A DNA stretch of 64,000 bases, from NCBI GenBank assembly GCA_965202785.1, contig OZ241855.1:448001-512000 (forward strand), written 5' to 3'. The DNA comes from Thermodesulfobacteriota bacterium (lineage in GTDB: Bacteria > Desulfobacterota_D > UBA1144 > Nemesobacterales > Nemesobacteraceae). The first letter of the stretch is position 1, and each line of letters starts with the position of its first letter. Of the stretch, positions 1 to 11,033 are shown one piece after another. The translations under genes were made by a program, and so were the position numbers. The notes beneath the pieces were generated by a model. The model ran no database searches, was not told the DNA's origin, and saw only the letters and a program-made list of their open reading frames with translations.

Positions 1-777
1 GACATGGTTTTCATAACCGCAGGAATGGGAGGCGGAACCGGTACTGGCGTTTCTCCCGTAATCGCCCAGGTATGCAAGGAGAAGGATATTCTCACCGTGG
101 CTATAGTCACAAGGCCCTTTGAATTCGAGGGGATTGCAAGAAGGGAAAACGCCGATTACGGAATCGAAGAGCTGGACAAACATGTCGACACGCTGATTGT
201 GATTCCCAACGACAAGCTTGCGGCCATACACAAGGTCAGCATTCTTGACGCTTTTCGTCAGGCGGACGAAGTTCTTTACCAGGCGGTAAAGGGAATTTCC
301 GATATCGTTACGGGAACTGGATACATCAATGTCGATTTTGCCGATGTGAAAAGCGTAATGGCAAACCACGGAGGCAAAGCCCTTATGAGTTCCGGGTTCG
401 CACAGGGTCCGAACCGTGCGACTCAGGCGGCGCAGATGGCCATAACAAGTCCTCTTCTCGAGGATGTGTCCATTGCCGGAGCCAAGGGAATATTAATGAA
501 CGTGACGGCTTCGGAGGACTTCGGAATTGAGGAACTGAACGAAGCGTGCAGTCACGTGAGGGAAAGGGCAAACGGTAATATCGATCTGATTTTCGGCCTG
601 GTCTTCGATGAGAAGGCCAAGGATTTCGTAAAAATCACCGTAGTCGCAACCGGGATAGAAAATTACATCGATAAAAGGGCGACCGATATAATTTCGGAAC
701 AGCCGTACAACCCCGATATAGAGGAAGACCTCGACATACCAACTTTCGTCAGAAGAAGAGAAAGAGTCGCCCGCTAG
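1..777 (+). CDS. ftsZ: cell division GTPase FtsZ (5' part outside window)
   Basis: Tubulin signature [18 protein letters not shown]-terminal LDIPTFVRR peptide. Confidence 0.98.
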   Translation, partial: DMVFITAGMGGGTGTGVSPVIAQVCKEKDILTVAIVTRPFEFEGIARRENADYGIEELDKHVDTLIVIPNDKLAAIHKVSILDAFRQADEVLYQAVKGISDIVTGTGYINVDFADVKSVMANHGGKALMSSGFAQGPNRATQAAQMAITSPLLEDVSIAGAKGILMNVTASEDFGIEELNEACSHVRERANGNIDLIFGLVFDEKAKDFVKITVVATGIENYIDKRATDIISEQPYNPDIEEDLDIPTFVRRRERVAR

Positions 778-794
778 GAAAACGCCGGACGGTT

Positions 795-1166
795 TCAGAC
801 AACCTCGGATCTGCCTTCCTTAAGGAATGGCAGATCCACCCTCGGGGTATCGATCCAGAGCCCCTCAATGTCGTAGAATTCCCGGACGGGCCGGTGGAAT
901 ACGTGGAGAACCACGTCCACGAGGTCAAGCAGCACCCATCGGCCTTCGGAGACACCTTCGGTCCCGAATATCTTTACTCCGTGTTTCTTAAGTTCCCGCT
1001 CAACACTCTCCACTATAGTCCGCACTCCCCTGTCGGAGTTCGCGCTGCACACAACGAAATAATCCGCCACGTCGCTTTTTTCCGTAATTTCCAGAATCAC
1101 GGGATCCTCCGCCTTCTTCTCCCAAGCGGCACGGGCGACAAACAAGGCTTTCTCCCTGGGCTCTAT
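795..1166 (-). CDS. rsfS: ribosome silencing factor RsfS (probable ATA start at 1166; ORF track starts at TTG 1145)
   Basis: DYFVVCSA, WVLLDLVDVVLHVF, REFYDIEGLW motifs; follows nadD as usual. Confidence 0.95.
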   Translation of the reverse strand: MEPREKALFVARAAWEKKAEDPVILEITEKSDVADYFVVCSANSDRGVRTIVESVERELKKHGVKIFGTEGVSEGRWVLLDLVDVVLHVFHRPVREFYDIEGLWIDTPRVDLPFLKEGRSEVV

Positions 1167-1828
1167 GGTTTTTCCTCCAGCTGGTAAAGGCCGTTTTCCT
1201 CTATATATCCCTCCACCTCACGCGGAACCAGATACCTGAGCGAATTTCCACGGCTTGCAAGTTCCCTGACCTCCGTGGAAGAAACCCTTATACCGGCGAT
1301 ATCTACGAAAAACAACTCATTTGAGCTTTTATGAGCAAAAACTTCCATACCCTTGCCACTATAAGAATATCGAAAGTCATTTTCCAGAGCAAGAGGAATC
1401 GGACTGGCGGAATCAGCAAAATCGTAACCGGGGCGGCGGAGAACAACGAAGCTTGAGTAGTTGAAAAGCTCCGCAGAATCTTTCCACGCGTCTATTTCCG
1501 CAAAAAGTTCGCAACCCATTATGAAATAATATCCGTTTTCCGGATCGCTTTGCTTGAGCGCCCTGAGCGTATCGATAGTGTAGGAAGGAGGCTCCCTGTG
1601 GAGTTCCATGTCGGAAACCTTGAATCGGGAATTGCGTTTTGCCGAAAGGTTAAGCATATTGAGCCTGTGAGAGGGGGCAGCCATGGTTTCTGCGCTTTTA
1701 TGGGGAGAGACAAGAGTCGGAATGAAAACCACCTCGTCCAGGGCCAGCCTCTCACTTATCTCCTCGGCAGCCCTCAGGTGACCCGCGTGCACGGGATCGA
1801 ACGAGCCGCCCATCAGACCTATCTTCAT
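1163..1828 (-). CDS. nadD: nicotinate-nucleotide adenylyltransferase
   Basis: GGSFDPVHAGH (HxGH), SYTIDTL, VSSTEVR. Confidence 0.97.
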   Translation of the reverse strand: MKIGLMGGSFDPVHAGHLRAAEEISERLALDEVVFIPTLVSPHKSAETMAAPSHRLNMLNLSAKRNSRFKVSDMELHREPPSYTIDTLRALKQSDPENGYYFIMGCELFAEIDAWKDSAELFNYSSFVVLRRPGYDFADSASPIPLALENDFRYSYSGKGMEVFAHKSSNELFFVDIAGIRVSSTEVRELASRGNSLRYLVPREVEGYIEENGLYQLEEKP

Positions 1829-2931
1829 ATGTAACCCTCTATCATCACTTCATCGCCGAACCTTCTGACCTTAATATTCTTGATATTGATAGCATCTTCA
1901 ATCGACTGCTTTCCAAGACTGCCGACCATGCTCACCCCATCGCCTCCGATAATCTTGGGCGCGTAAAAGAAGACCACCTTGTCAACCAAGCCCTCGCGGA
2001 GAAAACAGGCCCCTACCCCGCTTCCCCCTTCAACCAAAACTCCGCACGTTCCCTCGGCACCAAGTTCACGAAGAAGGTCTGCGGCAGATACGCGGCCCGT
2101 GGCATCGGATTTTAACCTCAGGATCTCGGCACCGAGCTCGTGAAGCCTCTTTTCCTTAACAGACCCCGCAGCCTCCGTAGTGGCAATTATCGAGCGGGGA
2201 TGAGTGCTGAGAACCTTCGCTTCGGGCGAAATACGAAGTTTTGAATCCATAATCACTGGAACCGGCTGGCGTACGTTACCCCCGACTAGGCGAACGTCAA
2301 GTCCCGGGTCGTCCGCGAGCACCGTGTTTATCCCGACAATTACCGCATCCACTTTTTTTCTCAGATGATGGGCCATTTTCCTTTGCCTTGCGCTCCCTAT
2401 CCACTTGGAATCACCTGTTGCGGAAGCTATCTTGCCGTCAATGGTAGAAGCACATTTCAATATGACGAAAGGAAGCCCCGAGACGACGTGTTTGTTGAAA
2501 AACTCGTTTATTTCTGTGCATTCCCTCTCAAGGACCCCCGTTCTCACCGCTATCCCGTTTTCGCGAAGCTTCGCCACCCCTTTTCCGCTTACCTTGGGAT
2601 TAGGGTCAATAGCTCCCACGACGACATCGGATATACCCGAGGCTATTATGGCATCAGTACACGGAGGAGTAAGCTTTTCTGTATGGCAGCAGGGTTCAAG
2701 GGTCACGTAAAGCGTGGCGCCTTTTAGTGAAATTCCCCTTTTCGCGGCATCCGCAAACGCTTCTATCTCTGCGTGAGCAGTCCCGGCTTTTTTATGATAG
2801 CCGCGGCCCACGATGCGTTCCCCGAGTACGCAGACGGCACCAACCATGGGATTGGGACTGGTGCACCCTTCTCCCCTGAGGGCAAGCCTCAGGGCTTTTT
2901 TCATAAACTCCCTGTCATCTCGAGCGGACAT
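1825..2931 (-). CDS. ribD: bifunctional riboflavin biosynthesis deaminase/reductase
   Basis: PNPMVGAV, HAE, TLEPCCH..PPC, LVEGG. Confidence 0.97.
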   Translation of the reverse strand: MSARDDREFMKKALRLALRGEGCTSPNPMVGAVCVLGERIVGRGYHKKAGTAHAEIEAFADAAKRGISLKGATLYVTLEPCCHTEKLTPPCTDAIIASGISDVVVGAIDPNPKVSGKGVAKLRENGIAVRTGVLERECTEINEFFNKHVVSGLPFVILKCASTIDGKIASATGDSKWIGSARQRKMAHHLRKKVDAVIVGINTVLADDPGLDVRLVGGNVRQPVPVIMDSKLRISPEAKVLSTHPRSIIATTEAAGSVKEKRLHELGAEILRLKSDATGRVSAADLLRELGAEGTCGVLVEGGSGVGACFLREGLVDKVVFFYAPKIIGGDGVSMVGSLGKQSIEDAINIKNIKVRRFGDEVMIEGYI

Positions 2932-2939
2932 CAAAAAAC

Positions 2940-4349
2940 CTAGTGCAAAGCCTCCTTGTCCGATGTGAAAAGCGCTTTTGTGAACTGTTCGGCGTCAAAT
3001 TCGCGCAGGTCCCCGAGACCTTCTCCAACCCCTATGTACTTAACCGGAAGACCAAGCTGTTCCGCTATCGCCACTATTATTCCCCCCTTGGCGGTCCCGT
3101 CGAGCTTGGTAAGCACTATACCGGTCACCCCGATGGCTTCGCCAAAAACCCTAGCCTGCTCCACGGCGTTCTGCCCAGTAGTGGCGTCAACGACAAGGAG
3201 AGTTTCATGGGGAGCTCCCTCGAGTTCACGGGCGACCACTCTTCTCAGCTTCTTGAGTTCGTCCATAAGTCCCGTTTTCGTGTGAACCCGCCCGGCGGTA
3301 TCTATCACGAGCAGGTCAATGCCTCTTGAAACCGACGCCTTTACCGCATCATAAGCTACCGCAGATGGGTCCGCCCCGGTCTGGCCGCGAAGAAAATCGC
3401 TTCCCACCCGTTCGGCCCACACCCCGAGCTGCTCAACCGCGGCCGCCCTGAATGTATCGGCGGCGGCTACCATTACCTTCTTTCCTTCCCCTGTGAACCT
3501 GTTGGCGATTTTCCCTATTGAAGTAGTTTTTCCAACGCCGTTAACTCCCGCCACCATGAAAACCGTCGGCTTGGCGGAAAGATCAGACACCGGGCTCTCG
3601 ACTTCCTTTAGGATATCGAGAATCTCCTTTTCGAGAAGGCTTTTTATTTTCTCCATGTATCCGCTGCCCTCCGCCCCAAATGAGGACGAGACTTTCTCCC
3701 GCAGTTTTGCGGTGGTCGCGACTCCCATATCCGACATTATGAGTATCTCCTCGAACTCATCCCAAGTCGCATCATCAATCCTCCCGGATGAAAAAACATG
3801 CTCAAGATTCTGCAGAATCCCCCTGCGAGTCTTGGAAAGTCCGAGGCTCAGCCTCGAGAAGAAATCCCCCTCCGTATCATTTTCTTTCTCTTCCGCAACG
3901 ATTTCCTCTTCCGGCTCTTCGGGAACTTTGGTTTCTTCCGGTTCCTCTTCGGCTTTCAGTTCTTCAGGTTCAGCTTCTTCAGGGAAAGTCGGCTCTTCGG
4001 ATAGCTCGATCGGTTCAGCTGCAGGTACGGGACCCGCAGGCGGCGCCACAATCTCTTTTTCTTCCACCACTACGGGTTCGGGTGCGGCAAACTGCGTTTC
4101 AGGTGCGGGTTCGGCAACTTGCACGGGTGCGGCTTCCGGGGCGGGAGGTTCGGGCCGTGGCTTCGCCTCTTCGGGTTCAGCGGAAACAGCCTCGGGCTGC
4201 TCCTGCACCACGGTCTCCGGCGAAACTTCTTTTTTCCTGAAGAGAAAAAAACCCGCCGCAAGTGCGGCGACTGCTATCGCAACCGGGATGGCAATCTCCA
4301 GATCAACATAGGTTCCAAGTCCCGATAAAAGTTCAGTAATCTCTTTCAT
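2940..4349 (-). CDS. ftsY: SRP receptor FtsY with N-terminal TM helix and acidic/Pro-rich linker
   Basis: GVNGVGKTT, DTFRAAA, DTAGR, TKLDGTAKGG. Confidence 0.97.
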   Translation of the reverse strand: MKEITELLSGLGTYVDLEIAIPVAIAVAALAAGFFLFRKKEVSPETVVQEQPEAVSAEPEEAKPRPEPPAPEAAPVQVAEPAPETQFAAPEPVVVEEKEIVAPPAGPVPAAEPIELSEEPTFPEEAEPEELKAEEEPEETKVPEEPEEEIVAEEKENDTEGDFFSRLSLGLSKTRRGILQNLEHVFSSGRIDDATWDEFEEILIMSDMGVATTAKLREKVSSSFGAEGSGYMEKIKSLLEKEILDILKEVESPVSDLSAKPTVFMVAGVNGVGKTTSIGKIANRFTGEGKKVMVAAADTFRAAAVEQLGVWAERVGSDFLRGQTGADPSAVAYDAVKASVSRGIDLLVIDTAGRVHTKTGLMDELKKLRRVVARELEGAPHETLLVVDATTGQNAVEQARVFGEAIGVTGIVLTKLDGTAKGGIIVAIAEQLGLPVKYIGVGEGLGDLREFDAEQFTKALFTSDKEALH

Positions 4350-5065
4350 ATGGCCTGTCCGCTCGAAAAAAGTTTTTTGCCGATAAAAAACGGTCCCAAG
4401 CTTTCAAGGTACTTTGAAGTCTGCTGAGTCTTTCTCATCCTCTCCACCAGTGCGGAGAGCGGATAGAGATCTCTGCCCAGTATGCCTATCACGAAATCAT
4501 TGTCGTTTTTATCAAGCCCGTGGCTCGCAAGACGGATGTCCTTTGCGTACCCCGCGTCCCCGAACTGAAAGCCTGTCTTGCCGTGTTCAGCCAGAACGGC
4601 TCTTTGCTCCTCGGGAGGGAGGGTTTCAAAAGCCTTTGCCCTCCTGAGCGGGTACCAGATGGCCCACGCAAGCTCCGGGTCAAAGATTTTTTGCTTCGGG
4701 CCCGAAATCAGCGTTCTTTCGAGGTCTTTTTCATAGCCGAGCGAGTAAGTCCTTCCGAGCATCGTATACTCAGCCTTCGGCTTAAGCCGGGCAAAAGAGG
4801 AGCCGGAGAGAAATCGCCTGAGTCCCGTAACGAAAAATTCCGGGGTCTCGCTTATGGTCAGAAGGCCCACGCCTTCATAATCATTCATGTCCGAGTAAAG
4901 AACCGCCTCTAGGGAAGATTCTTCAAGATCGTTAATCAAGAGGGATTCAGACACGGGGTCAACACCCCCGAAACCCATAAACTGCACAAAAAGCCTTCTA
5001 TCAAGAGACTCCCCTCCACTTCCTTTCTCGCTTAAGCTAAACGGCATGTCCGCGGGTTTGCTCAT
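4346..5065 (-). CDS. chlorite dismutase/coproheme decarboxylase (ChdC/HemQ-like) family heme protein
   Basis: WYPLRR..FETLPPEEQ..LAEHG (proximal His), GLDKNDNDFV, LVERMRKT..SKY..GPFFIG. Confidence 0.75.
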   Translation of the reverse strand: MSKPADMPFSLSEKGSGGESLDRRLFVQFMGFGGVDPVSESLLINDLEESSLEAVLYSDMNDYEGVGLLTISETPEFFVTGLRRFLSGSSFARLKPKAEYTMLGRTYSLGYEKDLERTLISGPKQKIFDPELAWAIWYPLRRAKAFETLPPEEQRAVLAEHGKTGFQFGDAGYAKDIRLASHGLDKNDNDFVIGILGRDLYPLSALVERMRKTQQTSKYLESLGPFFIGKKLFSSGQAI

Positions 5066-5165
5066 ACTTTATCACCAGACTTAGGGCTTAAGTATCTATG
5101 ATTTAAAGGCCTAACTCAATGCGATAAATCTCAATCGAGTTGCTGTGGTATAGTATTACAGAGAA

Positions 5166-5701
5166 GTGAGGACGGGGGTAATGCCGAATAAGCCCAGTTT
5201 TTCTGATTTAGCCTACAAAAACAAAAAGAAAGTAACCCGTAAACAGCGGTTCCTTGAAAAAATGGATGAGATTTTGCCGTGGAAACTGCTGCTTGAACCC
5301 ATACTAAGCAAATATCCGAAGTCGGGGAAGGGACGCCGACCTATTCCGGCCAAGGTTATGCTGCGAATTTATCTGATGCAGCAATGGTACGGCTTGTCGG
5401 ACCCGGCAATGGAAGAAAGCCTTTATGATATTGAGTCCTTGCGCCGTTTTGCCGGCGTGTCAATGCAGAGGATTCCGGACGAAACCACTATTTGCAAGTT
5501 CCGCCACTTCCTACTGAGACATCAAATGACCGAAGAATTGCTCCGTCTCACCGGGCAGTACTTATCAGAACGCGGCTTAATGGTGAGCAAAGGCAAGATT
5601 ACCGATCCCAGAGTACGCAGAGTCAGACGAAAAACCAGCGCAGGCAAACGCACGGGATGATAAAAAAGGGCAAGCCACTACCCTTCCCCTTCCAGATATA
5701 G
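5166..5701 (+). mobile_element. IS5-family transposase remnant (frameshifted and truncated)
   Basis: KKVTRKQRFLEKMD, GRRP, MLRIYLMQQWYGLSDPAMEESLYD, IPDETTICKFRH; frame breaks after GKITD; no C-terminal DDE part. Confidence 0.9.
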
Positions 5702-5875
5702 ATTCCGGAACCAAAGACAAAACAATTGTAAAGCGAGACACAGGCCTTTGCTTTCAGAAATCCCACTTTTTAATGTCCGAACATCATCTTCAGGAAAGGA
5801 TGCTCAAATAAAGGGGAAGAAAATTTATGTGGAAGTATGGCGGTTCTTCTGAACCGCTTCAGGTGCCAGACAGTC

Positions 5876-7201
5876 TTACTGGTGCATCATGTTCAGAAAG
5901 TCCATGTTGCTTTTAGTTCCCCGAAGCTTGTCAAGCAGAAATTCCATTGCTTCGGTGGTGTTCATCGGATTGAGGATTTTCCGAAGAAGCCATATGCGGT
6001 TGAGCTCGGACTCCGCGATAAGAAGCTCTTCCTTTCTGGTCCCGGATCTCTGAAGATCTATGGCAGGAAACACCCTTCTCTCCGCAAGGCGACGGTCAAG
6101 GTACACTTCCATGTTTCCCGTTCCCTTAAACTCCTCGAAGATAACCTCGTCCATGCGGCTTCCGGTATCTATAAGAGCGGTAGCTATTATGGTAAGGCTT
6201 CCTCCTTCCTCTGTGTTTCTCGCCGCCCCGAAAAATCTCTTGGGTCGCTGAAGAGCGTTTGCCTCTATTCCTCCAGAGAGCACTTTCCCGCTTGCGGGAG
6301 TCACCGTGTTGCTCGCTCTTGCAAGCCTGGTGAGGCTATCGAGCAGGATAACAACATCCTTTCCGTGCTCGACATATCTTTTAGCCTTCTCGATCACCAT
6401 GTCGGCAACCTGTATGTGCCTTTGCGCCGGTTCGTCGAAAGTCGAACTCACGACTTCTCCCTTGACCGACCTCTGCATATCGGTAACCTCCTCCGGGCGC
6501 TCGTCTATGAGCAGAACGAAAAGCTCAATTTCGGGGTGATTCTCCGTTATCGCATTGGCTATTCTCTGGATTATTATGGTCTTGCCAGTGCGGGGGGGAG
6601 CCACTATCACGGCTCTCTGCCCCTTCCCCACAGGCACGAAAAGGTTCATCACTCTCGAGCAGAACTCGTCTTTTTCATATTCAAGATCTATTTTCTCTTC
6701 CGGGTGAAGGGGAATGAGTCCCTCAAAAGGCGTTCTCTGCCTGCATATCTCGGGAGAATCGTAGTTTGCCTCCTCTATTTTGAGAAGGGCCAGGTTCTTC
6801 TCCCCTTCTCTCGGAAGCCTAACAAGACCTCTTATCGTATCCCCGGTTTTGAGGCTGAAAGATCTTATCTGGGATTTCGAAACGTATATGTCGTCCGGAC
6901 TAGGCAGATAGCTGTATTTGGGAGATCTCAGGAAACCATAACCTTCGGCCAGGATTTCAAGCACCCCTTCGGCTATTATGGAACCATGGCTTTCACTCTG
7001 TGCCTTGAGCAGGGAATAGATAAGATCCTGTTTCGCCATTCTGGCGGTATCTTCAATACCGGCCTGCCTGCTAAGCTTTATCAGGTCCGAGGGCTTTTTC
7101 GCCCTGAGATCGTTTAAGTAAAGCAGCTTGCCGTTTCCGTTTTTCTGCTCCCCTTTTTTCTGGACAGCGTCGGCAGGTTCCGCTTTAGAAACTTTTGCCA
7201 T
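5876..7201 (-). CDS. rho: transcription termination factor Rho
   Basis: [38 protein letters not shown]. Confidence 0.99.
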   Translation of the reverse strand: MAKVSKAEPADAVQKKGEQKNGNGKLLYLNDLRAKKPSDLIKLSRQAGIEDTARMAKQDLIYSLLKAQSESHGSIIAEGVLEILAEGYGFLRSPKYSYLPSPDDIYVSKSQIRSFSLKTGDTIRGLVRLPREGEKNLALLKIEEANYDSPEICRQRTPFEGLIPLHPEEKIDLEYEKDEFCSRVMNLFVPVGKGQRAVIVAPPRTGKTIIIQRIANAITENHPEIELFVLLIDERPEEVTDMQRSVKGEVVSSTFDEPAQRHIQVADMVIEKAKRYVEHGKDVVILLDSLTRLARASNTVTPASGKVLSGGIEANALQRPKRFFGAARNTEEGGSLTIIATALIDTGSRMDEVIFEEFKGTGNMEVYLDRRLAERRVFPAIDLQRSGTRKEELLIAESELNRIWLLRKILNPMNTTEAMEFLLDKLRGTKSNMDFLNMMHQ

Positions 7202-7339
7202 ACGGTAAAACTCCTTGAACTAAGGTATTGTTAAATTTCTTGGTTCAAAAAATAATCGAAATCTTTTGAAGTGTCAGGAATGCGACAATCTCGCGCGTTA
7301 AGAGTTCAAAGTGAAAAATCAGTATAATCGATGCAGTTA

Positions 7340-7368
7340 ATAGTATTGCCGCGTAACGAGCTTGTCAA
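7340..7368 (-). promoter_or_regulatory. sigma70-type promoter for rho
   Basis: TTGACA-N17-TACTAT on minus strand about 140 nt upstream of the ATG. Confidence 0.6.
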
Positions 7369-7660
7369 TATCTAAAATCGAACTTGTCAAGAGAAAAGCT
7401 TACTCCGCACAAAATCCACACCGCTTTTCTATGAGAATCCCGCTCCCGCCTGACAAGCCTATTTAACACCTAGAACCCTGCGGCTGAAACTACCCTTAAT
7501 AGATACACAAATAAGAAAAAATGTCAAGATGGTTCGGTCTCAGTGGCGCTCCCCGCTCGTAGTGGGGAGTTTTCGAAGTTCTGTGGCAATTTGAGAGGAT
7601 TTTCGGTTATACTTTACGCAAGAATGTACAGAAACGGAGAAACAAGGGGGATGAGCTAAG

Positions 7661-8407
7661 ATGGCGGGTCATTCCAAATGGGCGAACATAAAACACAGGA
7701 AAGCCGCGGTTGACGCCAAGAGGGGAAAGATATTCACCAAGCTTATCAGGGAGCTTACAGTCGCCGCCAAGGAAGGGGGAGGCGATCCGGAATCCAATCC
7801 CCGTCTTCGCACCGCTGTAGCGACTGCGAAAGGTGCCAACATGCCCAACGACACGATAGAGAGGGCCATAAAACGGGGCACCGGGGATATCGAGGGAGTA
7901 GTCTACAACGAGATATTTTACGAAGGGTATGGACCCGGCGGAAGTGCCGTATACGTAAAGACCCTTACTGATAACAGAAACAGAACCGTCTCCGAAATAA
8001 GAAGAATATTCACCAAGCACGGCGGAGGGCTCGGGGAGAACGGCTGCGTTGCGTGGATGTTCGATCTTAAGGGAAGAATCGCGTTTGCCGGAAGCTCGGT
8101 TGACGAGGATGCTCTTTTCGATGTGGTAATAGACGCGGGGGCTGACGATGTGCGCACCGAGGACAGCGATATCGTGGTTATAGCACCCACAGAGAACTAT
8201 GAAACCGTAAAAAGAGCGGTCTCCGACGCCGGAATACAGTACGAATCAGCCGAAGTCACCATGATACCGCAGACAAACGTTAGAATCGAGGGGCGGGACG
8301 CCGAACACATGATAAGATTGATGGAAGCGCTTGAAGACAGCGACGATGTCCAGAACGTGTACGCCAACTTCGATATAGACGAGCAGTTACTCGAGGCAAT
8401 TGGATAA
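7661..8407 (+). CDS. yebC: YebC/PmpR family protein
   Basis: [31 protein letters not shown]. Confidence 0.97.
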   Translation: MAGHSKWANIKHRKAAVDAKRGKIFTKLIRELTVAAKEGGGDPESNPRLRTAVATAKGANMPNDTIERAIKRGTGDIEGVVYNEIFYEGYGPGGSAVYVKTLTDNRNRTVSEIRRIFTKHGGGLGENGCVAWMFDLKGRIAFAGSSVDEDALFDVVIDAGADDVRTEDSDIVVIAPTENYETVKRAVSDAGIQYESAEVTMIPQTNVRIEGRDAEHMIRLMEALEDSDDVQNVYANFDIDEQLLEAIG

Positions 8408-8966
8408 AATTTCCGACACCAGGGTCATGGGAATCGACCCCGGATCAAGATCCTGCGGCTACGGAATCGTGGACGGCGCGGGAAACCGGCTAAGCTACGT
8501 AACCAGTGGAACAATCACTCCCGCGTCTGGAAACTCCGCTTCTGAAAAACTGAACGATATCTATGTCGGGATCCTGAGGGTAATTGACGATTACGCTCCC
8601 TCGATCGTATCAGTCGAGGAGATGTTTTTCGCCAAAAACGCGAGAAGCGCAATAAAGCTCGGCCAGTCGAGGGGCATAGCGATCCTGGCAGCAGCGCAGA
8701 GAGGAATCCCGGTAAGCGAGTACGCACCCACCAGGGTGAAACTTGCCCTGACCGGCAGAGGAAGAGCAGGCAAGGAAGAGATGCAGAAAATGCTTTCCTA
8801 CATGCTCGGAGTCAGCGAATTTCAAAGCACGGATGAGTCAGACGCACTCGCGATCGCAATCTGCCACTTAAGTCTTTCAAAATACGGACTGCCGGACGGC
8901 ACTATTGGCAGTGCAGGAAACCGGCGCAGGAAAAAGAGATTCACTGCAAATGATCTATCTGCTTAG
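8400..8966 (+). CDS. ruvC: Holliday junction resolvase RuvC
   Basis: [24 protein letters not shown]. Confidence 0.97.
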   Translation: MDKISDTRVMGIDPGSRSCGYGIVDGAGNRLSYVTSGTITPASGNSASEKLNDIYVGILRVIDDYAPSIVSVEEMFFAKNARSAIKLGQSRGIAILAAAQRGIPVSEYAPTRVKLALTGRGRAGKEEMQKMLSYMLGVSEFQSTDESDALAIAICHLSLSKYGLPDGTIGSAGNRRRKKRFTANDLSA

Positions 8967-9537
8967 AGGCGTAATCGCTTGTAAGGAAATCGGTACCGTC
9001 GTCATTGACGTAAACGGGGTCGGTTACGGCGTTACAGTTCCACTTTCGACTTACTATGATCTCGGAACCGAGGGGGAGGAAGTTGAACTCAAAATACATA
9101 CAAGCCAGAGGGAAAACAGCATTGAGTTGTTCGGGTTTCTCACCGAAGCGGAAAAAGAACTCTTTGAAAAACTCATCGGCGTTTCCGGCATAGGACCAAA
9201 AGCGGCCACAAACGTGCTTTCGAACATTTCCACCTCAGAGCTTGTAAGGTCCATAATAAACGGGGACTTGGCGCAGAAAAAAATCCGCGGTATCGGCACC
9301 AAAACCGCTACCAAGATAGTAAACGAGCTTAAGGACAAACTTTATGACCTTGTGACAGACGAAGAGTCCTCGATATCGAACACCATGCTTAGCGACACGA
9401 TTTCCGCGCTGCTTAATCTGGGCTACACGAGAACCGAAGTGGAAAAGAAAACCTCCGAGATCAAAAAAATCATTGAGGTCTCAGGGGGCTCCATAGAGGA
9501 TGTGCTCCGGGATTCTCTTAAGGTGATAAGAAACTAG
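8950..9537 (+). CDS. ruvA: Holliday junction branch migration protein RuvA
   Basis: DVNGVGY, LFGF, VSGIGPKAA, ALLNLGY; start set to ATG 8950. Confidence 0.95.
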   Translation: MIYLLRGVIACKEIGTVVIDVNGVGYGVTVPLSTYYDLGTEGEEVELKIHTSQRENSIELFGFLTEAEKELFEKLIGVSGIGPKAATNVLSNISTSELVRSIINGDLAQKKIRGIGTKTATKIVNELKDKLYDLVTDEESSISNTMLSDTISALLNLGYTRTEVEKKTSEIKKIIEVSGGSIEDVLRDSLKVIRN

Positions 9538-10563
9538 ATGCCAGAGAACACAAGAAAAACTGTCTCGCCCGAATACACGGAAACGGACGAGCTTACGGAC
9601 GTAAATCTTCGTCCCGCTTTTCTTCGGGACTTCATCGGGCAGCCGAGCGTAAAGGAGCAGGTAGCCATATTCATCGGCGCCGCCAAGGCGAGAGGCGAGG
9701 CCCTCGATCACGTCCTTCTCTCCGGTCCCCCAGGACTTGGAAAAACCACCCTCGCTCACATATTCGCAAATGAACTCGGCGTGGGACTGCACCTTACCTC
9801 GGGACCGGTTCTGGAAAGAACCGGGGACCTTGCTTCCATGCTCACCAATCTCGGCGAAAAGGACGTGCTTTTCATCGATGAGATACACAGGATAAACAGA
9901 GTCGTCGAGGAATATCTCTATTCCGCGATGGAGGATTTCACCATCGACCTCATGATAGGAGAAGGTCCAACGGCAAGATCAGTGAAAATAAACCTCAACA
10001 GGTTCACCCTAATAGGAGCAACAACCCGAACGGGGCTTCTCACCTCCCCGTTCCGCTCCCGCTTCGGGGTCGAACTCAGGCTTGACTACTACAGCACCAA
10101 AGAGCTCTCAAGCATAGTAAAAAGATCCTCCGGCATTCTCGGGGTCGAGATAACGGACGAAGGGGCCCGCGGGATGACCTCTAGGGCAAGAGGAACCCCC
10201 AGGATAGCCAACAGGCTTCTTAAGAGGGTGAGGGACTACGCACAGATGAAATCGGACGGACGCATAACCGAAACCGTGGTCAGGAACGCACTTTCGATGC
10301 TTGAGATAGATTCAAGGGGTCTTGATAATCTCGACAGGGCGATACTCACCTCCATAATCGAAAAATTCGGAGGGGGTCCCGTAGGGATAGACACTATCTC
10401 AGCTGCTGTGAGCGAGGACAAGGACACGATAGAAAATGTCTACGAACCCTTCCTGATAAGAGAGGGGCTAGTGGAAAAAACCCCCAAGGGAAGAAAGGCT
10501 ACGAAGCTTGCCTACAGGCATCTGGGACTCAGCCCGAGCGAAGGGCAGCCAAAACTTCTCTGA
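9538..10563 (+). CDS. ruvB: Holliday junction helicase RuvB
   Basis: [27 protein letters not shown]. Confidence 0.98.
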   Translation: MPENTRKTVSPEYTETDELTDVNLRPAFLRDFIGQPSVKEQVAIFIGAAKARGEALDHVLLSGPPGLGKTTLAHIFANELGVGLHLTSGPVLERTGDLASMLTNLGEKDVLFIDEIHRINRVVEEYLYSAMEDFTIDLMIGEGPTARSVKINLNRFTLIGATTRTGLLTSPFRSRFGVELRLDYYSTKELSSIVKRSSGILGVEITDEGARGMTSRARGTPRIANRLLKRVRDYAQMKSDGRITETVVRNALSMLEIDSRGLDNLDRAILTSIIEKFGGGPVGIDTISAAVSEDKDTIENVYEPFLIREGLVEKTPKGRKATKLAYRHLGLSPSEGQPKLL

Positions 10564-10586
10564 CCCGCGCAAGGATCTGAGAACAT

Positions 10587-11033
10587 TCAGTCAAGGGGGA
10601 TTTCCCTTATGAACTCATCCCAGTGATTTCCGGAAATGGAGTCTATTATTTTCCTCGGTTCCTTGTAACCCTTCTCGCCGGGAAACAATTTCCCGTATAC
10701 CTCGTCCCTCACCTCAAGCCACCTGTCTATCGCCGCGTAGTTTTTGAATTTTACCACGGTCTTGTAAGTCCAAAGCGGCTTTATGGTATGTATTCTCTGT
10801 GAATACATCCTGTAATCATCAACGGTGATACCCAGCTTTTTCATTTCCTGCCAGAAAGGAAAAAGACGGGTTCTGTATACCCTGAGAAACTCCTCGCGGT
10901 TCTCGGGCGCCACGGTATAGAAACTCTCTTCCACCACGATCGTGTATCTATCCTCCTCCGCACGAACCGCCACGGCAGTCACGAGGAAGAAAATCAGGAT
11001 GAAAACAGATGCAAAACAATACTTTCTTGACAC
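10587..11033 (-). CDS. exported hypothetical protein, possibly NIPSNAP-like alpha/beta barrel
   Basis: GGAGG then GTG 11033; signal peptide ending AVRA-EE; YTVAPENREEFL pattern. Confidence 0.55.
   Translation of the reverse strand: MSRKYCFASVFILIFFLVTAVAVRAEEDRYTIVVEESFYTVAPENREEFLRVYRTRLFPFWQEMKKLGITVDDYRMYSQRIHTIKPLWTYKTVVKFKNYAAIDRWLEVRDEVYGKLFPGEKGYKEPRKIIDSISGNHWDEFIREIPLD

Noticed and set aside
3860-4240. Repetitive-looking DNA in ftsY (and tolA 12640-12960)
   Set aside because: Low-complexity Glu/Pro/Lys linkers normal for these proteins; not CRISPR or a repeat array
5837-7117. 426-aa ORF antisense to rho
   Set aside because: Shadow frame of a highly conserved gene; no recognisable motifs
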